This document shows positions 1 to 6,889 of a stretch of 13,963 nucleotides of DNA, one piece after another. Below the pieces are notes generated by a model that saw only the letters and a list, made by a program, of their open reading frames with translations, searched no databases and was not told the DNA's origin. Origin of the DNA: Candidatus Aenigmatarchaeota archaeon (GTDB lineage: Archaea; Aenigmatarchaeota; Aenigmatarchaeia; QMZP01); the NCBI GenBank assembly GCA_038999435.1, contig JAVZYR010000016.1:1-13963 (forward strand), read 5' to 3'. Position 1 is the stretch's first letter; every line of letters starts with the position of its first letter. A program made the translations under genes and the position numbers.

Positions 1-169
1 TAACAGACCGACCAAAGTGGGCAACAGCTATCCTGAAGCGGAAGCTCTAAAGAGCCTGCAGGTGGTTTCTGCTCCACCGCTCTTTGCATGAAGCGGAAGC
101 TCTAAAGAGCCTGCAGGTGGTTTCTGCTCCACCGCTCTTTGCATGAAGCGGAAGCTCTAAAGAGCGGTG
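1..169. repeat. Modular hairpin tandem-repeat array (55-nt period) directly abutting the tRNA-Gly T-loop; truncated by window edge
   Basis: TGAAGCGGAAGCTCTAAAGAGC at 34-55, 89-110, 144-165; CTGCAGGTGGTTTCTGCTCCACCGCTCTTTGCA at 56-88, 111-143; 1-33 is part of a longer alternative module also seen at 13853-13885. Confidence 0.95.
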
Positions 170-170
170 A

Positions 171-246
171 TTCGAACCCGGGCTATCGGCTTGGAAGGCC
201 GAGGTACTTTAGAGGGGTTTATGCCCAACCACTATACTACGGGCGC
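171..246 (-). tRNA. tRNA-Gly(TCC), 5' portion up to position 59, with a D-loop intron; 3' end (expected TCCCGGCGGGCGCA-like) not in window
   Basis: Reverse complement reads GCGCCCG TA GTAT AGTGGT[19 nt]A GTAC C TCGGC CT-TCC-AA GCCGA TAGC CCGGG TTCGAA, then repeat array. D-stem, anticodon arm and T-loop are recognisable. Confidence 0.9.
209..227 (-). other. 19-nt tRNA intron in D-loop (about 20/21) of tRNA-Gly
   Basis: TGGGCATAAACCCCTCTAA. Forms a BHB: D-stem GTAT/GTAC, bulge AAA, central helix AGTG/CTCT (one T-T mismatch), bulge GTT, inner helix GGG/CCC. Removal restores the D-loop AGTGGTA. Confidence 0.8.
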
Positions 247-267
247 ATTAAAATATTACTTTTAAGA

Positions 268-717
268 TTAAAATTCGAATTCTTCTTCCTCTTTTTCTGG
301 TGCTGATGATTTTATCGTTTTTTGCAGTTTTTCCATACTCGCTTTATCAAGCAGTTTTATAGGCAGCATTGATTCAAGCCCTGGTGGTGCTTCGTTCAGA
401 AATCGTGGTATGATATGAAAATGTAAATGTGGCACAACCTGACCTGCAGCACGACCAGAAGAAAGAGATAGCGATATCCCATCTGCCTTCAGCGCATTTC
501 TTACCATCTCAGAAATCCTTCTTACATATATGAAAATGTCTCCTGCCTCTTTATCTGTCAGGTCTGAAAGAAATTCAACATGCCTTTTTGGTATAACAAG
601 TGTGTGTCCAGGATTTCTCGGATTTATGTCAAGAAATGCCATCACATCTTCATTTTCAAATATCTTGTATGCAGGTATTTTTCCTGTAACGATTTTACAA
701 AAGGTACATTCTTGCAT
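268..717 (-). CDS. HIT (histidine triad) family nucleotide hydrolase
   Basis: CTFCKI, AFLDINP, GHTLVIPKRH, AGQVVPHLHFHIIPR motifs. Start moved from 765 to ATG at 717 (MQECTFC) because the longer ORF overlaps tRNA-Pro. Confidence 0.95.
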   Translation of the reverse strand: MQECTFCKIVTGKIPAYKIFENEDVMAFLDINPRNPGHTLVIPKRHVEFLSDLTDKEAGDIFIYVRRISEMVRNALKADGISLSLSSGRAAGQVVPHLHFHIIPRFLNEAPPGLESMLPIKLLDKASMEKLQKTIKSSAPEKEEEEFEF

Positions 718-744
718 AAATAAAATTAGTCTTGGATTTAAAAA

Positions 745-930
745 TGGGCCCGCCCGGATTTTCACTAGAAACCCTCAAGGTTTCCAGCCATCCGGGAGCT
801 GTTTCGCTTCGCTCCACAACGCTTCCGGAAGCGTGCCGCGAGCGCTTTCTTCTTGAAAGAAAGGGCTCATTTGAACCGGGGTCTCGAGCTCCCAAGGCTC
901 GGATGCTAGACCAAGCTACACCACGGGCCC
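745..930 (-). tRNA. tRNA-Pro(TGG) with 111-nt T-loop intron
   Basis: After removing 759-869: GGGCCCG TG GTGT AGCTTGGTCTA GCAT C CGAGC CT-TGG-GA GCTCG AGAC CCCGG TTCAAAT CCGGG CGGGCCC A = 75-nt cloverleaf; no encoded CCA. Confidence 0.95.
759..869 (-). other. tRNA-Pro intron at 59/60, string of four hairpins
   Basis: T-stem CCCGG/CCGGG, central helix TTCA/TGAA, AAT at both splice sites (relaxed BHB/BHL). Hairpins: GAGCCCTTTCTT..AAGAAAGCGCTC, ACGCTTCCGGAAGCGT, GGAGC..GCTCC, CTGGAAACC..GGTTTCTAG. Confidence 0.88.
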
Positions 931-1007
931 ATATAAATAAAATTGTTTTAATTAAATAAACTCAAAGAACACCTATTGAGATAAAACTATTAAAATTTTT
1001 GCAAACC

Positions 1008-1020
1008 CAAGCTTTTTAAA
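1008..1020 (+). promoter_or_regulatory. Putative archaeal BRE/TATA promoter for the 1041 gene (leaderless)
   Basis: CAAGCTTTTTAAA with TTTTTAAA ending 20 nt before the ATG; the region is AT-rich, so specificity is low. Confidence 0.4.
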
Positions 1021-1040
1021 TTATTTGTTGAATACAAAAA

Positions 1041-2093
1041 ATGAGAAGCATTCTCGTTGTGTTAATTTTATTTATTGTTGCACTTTCTGGTTGCATACAA
1101 TATAATGAACAATCCGCAAATATATCTGAAGAAAATACAATACAATCAGGATCCCAATCTGAAATTAAAATTATAAATGAATCGATAGAAAATGAAGAAT
1201 CTATATCGAAAGAACCTTTTATTGTTTTTAATTTTAAATTTAAAAATGAGACATGTCTGTTAAATGGTGAAATATACCTTAATGATATTTTTTTAGGAGA
1301 AACATATGAAGGTCGTTATAATCTCACATTAACAAAATTTGAGCAATTCAAAAATAAGTCTGGTGATACACAAATAGTTTGTATTCAAGGCAGATATCCT
1401 TCCTGTTTCAGCGAATATAAAGGATGGTATTTTAAAGTATGTTGGTTTGTTAATATAACCAAAAGTGATTTTGAAATAAATTTATTACCAGTTTTATTTG
1501 AAGCAGAGATTACTCCAAGATGGCCGAGTTATTGTTATGAATATCGAAATTTTGTAAAACCAGAAAATATTTTAGATAAAATTAATGAATGGAAAGAAAT
1601 TGGGGTTTTAAATAAAGACATAAAAAGCAATATAGAATTTTTATGGAGTAAATCAAGTTTAAATGTAATATACTCAAAAGATTTTTGGATCTCAGGTGAT
1701 GCAGATTGGTGGAAACTGCCAAATGAAACATGGAATGACGTTGGCGATTGTGAAGATTGGTCAAATTTATTAATTTCACTTATCAAGGCTTATAATTCGT
1801 CAGCCAAATGCTATGCTATCGCATTGATCGATCATATTACAACAGTTTGTAAGTTTGATGAAGAATATCCGATTGAATATATTTTTTATGACCAGAAAAA
1901 ATTTTTCATAAGAGAAACGAGAAGTTATTATGACTATGATGTTAAGTTCAAGCTTCATAATTGGCTTAATACATATTTCAACCAATATGGAATCTACTCA
2001 AAATTCAGAAATGTAACATGTGCTTATGACAACGATGAATATTTTGAATTCAGAAATAATGACGAATTTCTCGAATGGTTAATGAATTTATAA
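1041..2093 (+). CDS. Secreted/lipid-anchored protein with C-terminal transglutaminase-like (Cys-His-Asp) domain
   Basis: Hydrophobic N-terminus ending in lipobox-like LSGC; W..P.ETW...GDCEDWS.L followed by DHIT and FYD; many N-x-S/T sequons; visibly AT-rich. Confidence 0.75.
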   Translation: MRSILVVLILFIVALSGCIQYNEQSANISEENTIQSGSQSEIKIINESIENEESISKEPFIVFNFKFKNETCLLNGEIYLNDIFLGETYEGRYNLTLTKFEQFKNKSGDTQIVCIQGRYPSCFSEYKGWYFKVCWFVNITKSDFEINLLPVLFEAEITPRWPSYCYEYRNFVKPENILDKINEWKEIGVLNKDIKSNIEFLWSKSSLNVIYSKDFWISGDADWWKLPNETWNDVGDCEDWSNLLISLIKAYNSSAKCYAIALIDHITTVCKFDEEYPIEYIFYDQKKFFIRETRSYYDYDVKFKLHNWLNTYFNQYGIYSKFRNVTCAYDNDEYFEFRNNDEFLEWLMNL

Positions 2094-2135
2094 ATCTCAG
2101 TTTTTGCAATTATTATTTCTGTTTATTTCTATGAA

Positions 2136-2412
2136 AGCCCCGGGAGGGATTCTCTCTGGAAACCCTCAAGGTTTCCAGCCATCCGGGAGCTGTTTCGCTT
2201 CGCTCCACAACGCTTCCACTCTGGAAGCGTAAGCTCCCTCTTGCTCGCACGCTTTTTGCCTAAAGCGTGCCCGCGAGCGCTTTCTTCTTGAAAGGTTTTG
2301 GAAGCGGCCAGCTCCTTCTTTCCGCGAGCACTTTCTTCTTGAAAGAAGGGGCTCTTTGAACCCTCAACCTATCGCTTACGAGGCGATTGCTCTACCATTG
2401 AGCTACCGGGGC
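2136..2412 (-). tRNA. tRNA-Thr(CGT) with 205-nt T-loop intron
   Basis: After removing 2150-2354: GCCCCGG TA GCTC AATGGTA GAGC A ATCGC CT-CGT-AA GCGAT AGGTT GAGGG TTCAAAT CCCTC CCGGGGC T = 72-nt cloverleaf; no encoded CCA. Confidence 0.95.
2150..2354 (-). other. tRNA-Thr intron at 59/60, modular hairpin string homologous to the tRNA-Pro intron
   Basis: 2159-2217 identical to 768-826; 2271-2294 identical to 836-859 and repeated with one mismatch at 2322-2345. Splice motif is relaxed (TTC/GAG helix, AAT bulge before T-stem). Confidence 0.85.
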
Positions 2413-2955
2413 ATCACCTATTAAATACTTGTTTATCAACCTATCTATTTTGAGATAGAGCTCTTTTTTGCTTCCATCATTTTTTATTCTGAGATCAGCA
2501 TCTTTTATAATCCTGTCTATGTGCCTTTCTGTTTCTCTTTTTTCTATATCAAGGAATTGCCTAAAGCTCATCTTCATTTCACCTTTACCTGCTTCGATCC
2601 TCCTTTTCCATCTTTGCTTAGCTGGTGCAAGTATGGCAACAATTAAGAAATTAGGAAAGCAATTTTTGAAATATGTCACCTCTTCAGGGAATCTTATCCC
2701 AGATATCACAATATTTTTTTTCTTTGCTTTTTTCGCAAGCAACTTTGCAAGCACATCATTTCCATGCCTTTTTCTCATCTCTGTTGCCAATTCAATCAGA
2801 TTATCCCTTGTTATCATCTTGCCCTTTTTCTTGAGCAGGGGCGCTAAAACATCAGCTGTGAAATCGAGTAGCTGAAATCCATACTTTTTCGCGACATATT
2901 CTGCAAAAACATTTTTCCCACTGTATCTTTTGCCAACAAGACCTATCACAACCAT
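2392..2955 (-). CDS. P-loop nucleotide kinase (dephospho-CoA kinase-like/UPF0200-like)
   Basis: VIGLVGKRYSGKN Walker A, VISGIRFPEE, R.KR lid, ADLRIKNDGS. Start at 2955 (MVVIG) preferred; 2973 possible. Stop codon lies within tRNA-Thr. Confidence 0.85.
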   Translation of the reverse strand: MVVIGLVGKRYSGKNVFAEYVAKKYGFQLLDFTADVLAPLLKKKGKMITRDNLIELATEMRKRHGNDVLAKLLAKKAKKKNIVISGIRFPEEVTYFKNCFPNFLIVAILAPAKQRWKRRIEAGKGEMKMSFRQFLDIEKRETERHIDRIIKDADLRIKNDGSKKELYLKIDRLINKYLIGDAPVAQW

Positions 2956-2981
2956 ATTAAATCTATTAAACAATTTTAATT

Positions 2982-3269
2982 ATGCCATTCGAGATTTCGG
3001 CAATATTTACATGGATATCAGGCCTTGACAGCCTGACCCTTGCAATCCTTGTTATCATAGCCCTCATCATTGCATTCAAAATATTTCAATATCTTTTAAA
3101 GGCATTGGTGATGGGACTGATGTTTGCCCTCATCCCACTTGGGCTTAGATGGCTTGGCTTTCCAGTACCTGTTGATATATCGACTGTGTTATTCTTTATC
3201 CTACTTGGCATATTGACATGCTTTGTCTACTCATTCCTTTCTTTTCTCAGTCGGCTTGTTAGGCGATAA
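2982..3269 (+). CDS. Small membrane protein (about 3 TM helices), unknown function
   Basis: 95-aa ORF with three hydrophobic stretches; fills the space between neighbours. Confidence 0.75.
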   Translation: MPFEISAIFTWISGLDSLTLAILVIIALIIAFKIFQYLLKALVMGLMFALIPLGLRWLGFPVPVDISTVLFFILLGILTCFVYSFLSFLSRLVRR

Positions 3270-3786
3270 CAACCTCAACAACTTTTTGCCCTGCCCTTTC
3301 TATTTCAAACCATAAAATCAGATTCGTCCTATCCCTTTTTAGCTGCGTTTCTATACCATAGAACTTAAGCCTAAACTCCTCATCTACAGGGACAAAGAAT
3401 GACACAGCATTGCTATCATCTATCCATATCCACCTTTCACCATCGTTTATGCCTATTGAGAAGTTTTGTCCTTCACCAAGAAAATTTCCAATTCCAATTT
3501 CTATGCTACTGTCATTTCTAATTGTATATATCCACACTGCCCTGAATCTGAAAAGCCGCTCTGCAAGCCTTTCCCTAATCCACATACTCCAATTCTGCAA
3601 GGTTGAAAGAGGGCTTGAGGCATTCAAACCTATATTAAATGCCCTTGGATATTCAGAGATAATGTTCTCTGAAACGGATTTTATGGTCCTTTCTTCAAAA
3701 AATCCCAGTGACATAAAAGAGAGAGTAATGGCTGTGAAGATGATAATGAAAATCACTGCTGCAAGAATGAAAAACTGTCCTCTCAT
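3259..3786 (-). CDS. Class III signal peptide (pilin-like) protein
   Basis: MRGQ followed by hydrophobic helix FFILAAVIFIIIF; ATG at 3786 overlaps the upstream TGA (ATGA coupling). Confidence 0.75.
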   Translation of the reverse strand: MRGQFFILAAVIFIIIFTAITLSFMSLGFFEERTIKSVSENIISEYPRAFNIGLNASSPLSTLQNWSMWIRERLAERLFRFRAVWIYTIRNDSSIEIGIGNFLGEGQNFSIGINDGERWIWIDDSNAVSFFVPVDEEFRLKFYGIETQLKRDRTNLILWFEIERAGQKVVEVVIA

Positions 3787-4097
3787 CGCCATATGTACAG
3801 CTTTAGCTCCTTCCATCCATCATCTTTTGCGAGCAGATAGCTTCCAGTCCATACCTCTTCAGCATCTATTTTACAGCCCCAGCATGCTGTGATGTTATAG
3901 CCATACAATGATATCACAGCCATGACATCTTCAGGCGTTCTTGCACCAAGCTTAACTGCATCATTGAGCAGTGTTTGTGCATCAGGGCCTGTTTCGCGCT
4001 GTGTATAGGCTGATATCAGGCCTGAGAGAAAAATCAGGAAGCCGAGGAGCAGTATACCTCCAATGCTTGCTTCGATTGTGTGAATAATACCTCTCAT
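3783..4097 (-). CDS. Small class III signal peptide-like membrane-anchored protein
   Basis: MRG-IIHTIEA then hydrophobic helix; C-terminal ELKLYIW strand. Start 4097 preferred; 4112 possible. Confidence 0.7.
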   Translation of the reverse strand: MRGIIHTIEASIGGILLLGFLIFLSGLISAYTQRETGPDAQTLLNDAVKLGARTPEDVMAVISLYGYNITACWGCKIDAEEVWTGSYLLAKDDGWKELKLYIWR

Positions 4098-4123
4098 ATT
4101 TATCTTTTCCACAAATAACTAAA

Positions 4124-4777
4124 ATGCTACCAAAGCTTTATAGAGTGTATAAAATCTTGCTCAGAGAATTTGGCCATCAGGGATGGTGGCCTGTCTCAGG
4201 CGGATTTAACCCACCTGAATGGGAGATATGCCTTGGTGCAATCCTAACACAGGCAACTGCTTGGCGGAATGTTGAGCAGGCATTGGAAAATCTCAAAAAG
4301 GCTGGCATCACAGACCCAACTGATATTTTATGCACAAGTCAACAAAAGCTTGGGCAAATAATCAGGCCAGCAGGCTATTATCAACAGAAGGCAAAAAGGC
4401 TAAGATATTTTGCAAAATTCGTTCAGGATTTTGGCTCATTCGATGCATTTAAAAAATGCGTTGACCGAGATATGCTTTTAGCAATACATGGCATAGGCAA
4501 GGAAACGGCAGATTCTATACTTCTGTATGCATGCAAAAGGCCAATTTTTGTAATAGATGCATACACAATCAGGCTTGCAGCCCGTCTTGGTATTTCTGAG
4601 AAGAGATATGATGGATTGCAGTATATCTTTCAATCACAACTTCCAAAAGATGTCGATATATACAAGGAATGCCATGCGCTGATTGTTGAGCATGGCAAGA
4701 AATTTTGCAGAAAAAAACCACAATGCGAGTTATGTCCACTTAAATCTAAGGAATGCACCTATACCACCAAGCCCTAA
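4124..4777 (+). CDS. Endonuclease III-related HhH-GPD DNA glycosylase with C-terminal [4Fe-4S] motif (COG2231-like)
   Basis: GWWP, GAILTQ, GYYQQKAKRL, HhH GIGKETADSIL, FVIDAY, C-x6-C-x2-C-x6-C. Glu occupies the Nth lyase-Lys position, so not called nth. Confidence 0.92.
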   Translation: MLPKLYRVYKILLREFGHQGWWPVSGGFNPPEWEICLGAILTQATAWRNVEQALENLKKAGITDPTDILCTSQQKLGQIIRPAGYYQQKAKRLRYFAKFVQDFGSFDAFKKCVDRDMLLAIHGIGKETADSILLYACKRPIFVIDAYTIRLAARLGISEKRYDGLQYIFQSQLPKDVDIYKECHALIVEHGKKFCRKKPQCELCPLKSKECTYTTKP

Positions 4778-5719
4778 AAAGATATCACCTGCCTCATGGC
4801 CTGTGCTGATGATTTCAATCTCAGCCCTGCTGGCCTCTGCCATGTCAAGTAGCTCTTCAGATTCTGATAATTTTGCTTCAGATATTAGCAGCATTCGAAC
4901 AGCACCTGCCTTTAATGCCATTTCTGTTTCAGCCCTGCCATATACAACAAGTCCATCCTTTTTTATTTCTGCAAGAAGGTTTTCGATAAGCTCTGTTTCT
5001 TTTGCTATCCTCATCTCTCTAAGAAGCCTATTACCAGACTTCCTTATTATTTCCTTTACTCCTGCTATGCTCACATCCGAGCAATGTTCAGACCACACCC
5101 TGTTTGCAATGTCAGGCCTCTTTGCCCTTATCCAATTTAGCAGATTCTCTCTTTCAAAACCAGGCCCACCAATTATCACAGATTTTTTCTCTTCTATCCA
5201 CTGCACAAGCCGTGCATACCATTCATCCCTTTCTTCCTTTTCCTTTTTTTTATATGCAAGCCTGCCAACAACCTTGATGCCCTGCTCTGTTATGGAAAAG
5301 AGCTCAGCGCCCTCTCTGTCCAGCAAAAGCATTGTCAGCTCAGGCCTTTTCCCTGCCTTTTTTATCCTTTCAAGCTCATGCGACTTCCATGCATGCCTTA
5401 TCTCAACCTTTTTCCCAATCTCTATATCAATGCTGTGATGCGCACCAAGCCGGACATGTGCAGGCCCTTGAACAATCACACCAAGCACCCTCAGCCCACC
5501 CTCTTTTATGCTCGATTTTTCAGCCCTTATTGTCAGTATCATAGGCACCTTCTCACCTTCGATAAATTGGCTATCTCTGTAGATTATCTCCTTCCGCGCT
5601 GTTTTTGCCCTGACCTCATCTCCTGCTTTTATGATACGGGAAAGAAGCCACAAATCATCAGTGGTTTCAGGTATGAGGCTAGCTGTATTTCTCCTTAGAT
5701 CTATGCTGAGAATTTTCAT
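4730..5719 (-). CDS. pelA: Pelota / Dom34 ribosome rescue factor
   Basis: PETTDDLWLL, LRVLGVI, GAHHSI, GPGF, VYG..E...A...GAV..LLIS, HEAG....GLGGIGAFLRF. Confidence 0.95.
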   Translation of the reverse strand: MKILSIDLRRNTASLIPETTDDLWLLSRIIKAGDEVRAKTARKEIIYRDSQFIEGEKVPMILTIRAEKSSIKEGGLRVLGVIVQGPAHVRLGAHHSIDIEIGKKVEIRHAWKSHELERIKKAGKRPELTMLLLDREGAELFSITEQGIKVVGRLAYKKKEKEERDEWYARLVQWIEEKKSVIIGGPGFERENLLNWIRAKRPDIANRVWSEHCSDVSIAGVKEIIRKSGNRLLREMRIAKETELIENLLAEIKKDGLVVYGRAETEMALKAGAVRMLLISEAKLSESEELLDMAEASRAEIEIISTGHEAGDIFLGLGGIGAFLRFKWT

Positions 5720-5750
5720 TTATATTTAATTCTTTCGGCCAATATTATTA

Positions 5751-6848
5751 ATGAGAGGTGTTGAGGATTTCATATACCTTCTTGCAATCGCATTTGCAAT
5801 CCTTATCATTCTTGGTCTTGCATCTGTATGGTATCCATACACACCACCAGCAAACTTTACAAAGATTGCAGGCTTTGAGCTTGGACTTGTTGGATGGATG
5901 GGTGAATGGCCTGCAAAGAGCTATGAGATAGGAACGGTTGAGCCAGGGACCCAAAAAGAGATACTGCTATCAATTGGACAGGTTGATGTTGAGCACTCAT
6001 ACTGGTCTGAGAGAAAAGGTGAGCATGCTGTGGTTGTGCCGACATGGGGCCTTGAGTGGATAAGGCGGGTAAAGGTAAAATTCGATGTGTGGCAGACAAA
6101 TAAGTATGGCCGATTGAGGGTGCTGTGGAATGGCAGGGAGTTACTAAACAGCTATGCAGACCCAAGAGAGTATGTATTTGTCATAGAACCTAATGAGGTA
6201 TTTAACAGCAATATGCTGATATTTGAGGCAGAGGACCCAGGCATGCGCTTCTGGGCATCAACTGTTTATACGATAAGGGATGTTGAGGTTGAGCTTGAAT
6301 ATGGCCCTGCACGCTTTTTCAGATTTGAACTCCTGCCATCAGAGGTTGAGGTATTTAATAAGGGAAAGGTGAGCTTCTATGGCTGGGGAAAGGGCAATCT
6401 GTCAATAAAGGTGAATGGCAGGGAGATATATAACAAAAGGCCAATAGGGGCTGATGAGGCAAATTTCACAGCAAGCCAGGCAGCGATTGTGCCTGGAGAG
6501 AATACACTCAGCTTTAGAAGCATAGGCGAGGATGTGCGATGCGAGAATACAAGGCTTGAGGTATGGCTACTCACACAAAACCTTGAGAAAGAGAGGACAT
6601 TTAATATCAGCGAGGCACAGTATGCAAAGCTTGGAAAGGGAGGGAAGATAAGGTTTAATGTTGCTGAGATAAGACGCGCAGGAGGGCTTTCAATCAGCTT
6701 GAATGGAAATGCGCTGGCAGTGCCACAGGTTCAAAAAGGCTGGAATGAGGTCAGCTTTAGCCAAGCACAGGCCAGGTCAGGTCTGAATGCCATAAAATTC
6801 ACTGCAACAGGCACATTTGATATAAGCAGCGTTGAGATTGGGTATTAA
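5751..6848 (+). CDS. Membrane-anchored extracellular beta-rich protein, unknown function
   Basis: MRG + N-terminal TM helix; three loosely repeated G.L.(V/I)..NG....GxN.L.F beta-sandwich-like units; N-x-S/T sequons. Confidence 0.8.
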   Translation: MRGVEDFIYLLAIAFAILIILGLASVWYPYTPPANFTKIAGFELGLVGWMGEWPAKSYEIGTVEPGTQKEILLSIGQVDVEHSYWSERKGEHAVVVPTWGLEWIRRVKVKFDVWQTNKYGRLRVLWNGRELLNSYADPREYVFVIEPNEVFNSNMLIFEAEDPGMRFWASTVYTIRDVEVELEYGPARFFRFELLPSEVEVFNKGKVSFYGWGKGNLSIKVNGREIYNKRPIGADEANFTASQAAIVPGENTLSFRSIGEDVRCENTRLEVWLLTQNLEKERTFNISEAQYAKLGKGGKIRFNVAEIRRAGGLSISLNGNALAVPQVQKGWNEVSFSQAQARSGLNAIKFTATGTFDISSVEIGY

Positions 6849-6853
6849 CATCA

Positions 6854-6867
6854 GAAAAGTATTTAAA
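6854..6867 (+). promoter_or_regulatory. Putative BRE + TATA box of the kinase gene
   Basis: GAAAAG-TATTTAAA ending 22 nt before the ATG at 6890, consistent with an archaeal leaderless promoter. Confidence 0.55.
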
Positions 6868-6889
6868 TTGTTTACTACTTTTAAGTAAT

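Noticed and set aside
1..165. CRISPR array
   Set aside because: Segments between the conserved repeats are identical to each other or shared between the two arrays rather than unique spacers; no cas genes in the window.
845..859. CTTTCTTCTTGAAAG resembling archaeal CRISPR repeat termini
   Set aside because: Only 15 nt, embedded in intron hairpins, with no regular repeat-spacer periodicity.
759..869. Hammerhead ribozyme or C/D box guide RNA within the introns
   Set aside because: GAAAC is present, but I found no CUGANGA core and no RUGAUGA/CUGA box pair on the tRNA strand. An Infernal/Rfam search would be decisive.
695..959. ORFs 695..895 (-) and 732..959 (+), and HIT start at 765
   Set aside because: They overlap tRNA-Pro and its GC-rich intron and show no protein motifs.
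931..2135. Integrated element with attL/attR at tRNA-Thr
   Set aside because: No duplicated tRNA-Thr 3' end and no recombinase; the flanking identity is confined to introns.
4683..5698. Plus-strand ORFs 4683..5438, 5332..5544, 5378..5698
   Set aside because: Antisense shadows of pelota. The same applies to the other shadow ORFs (e.g. 530..856, 2468..2875, 3410..3892, 9230..9955, 10818..11285, 12628..13047).
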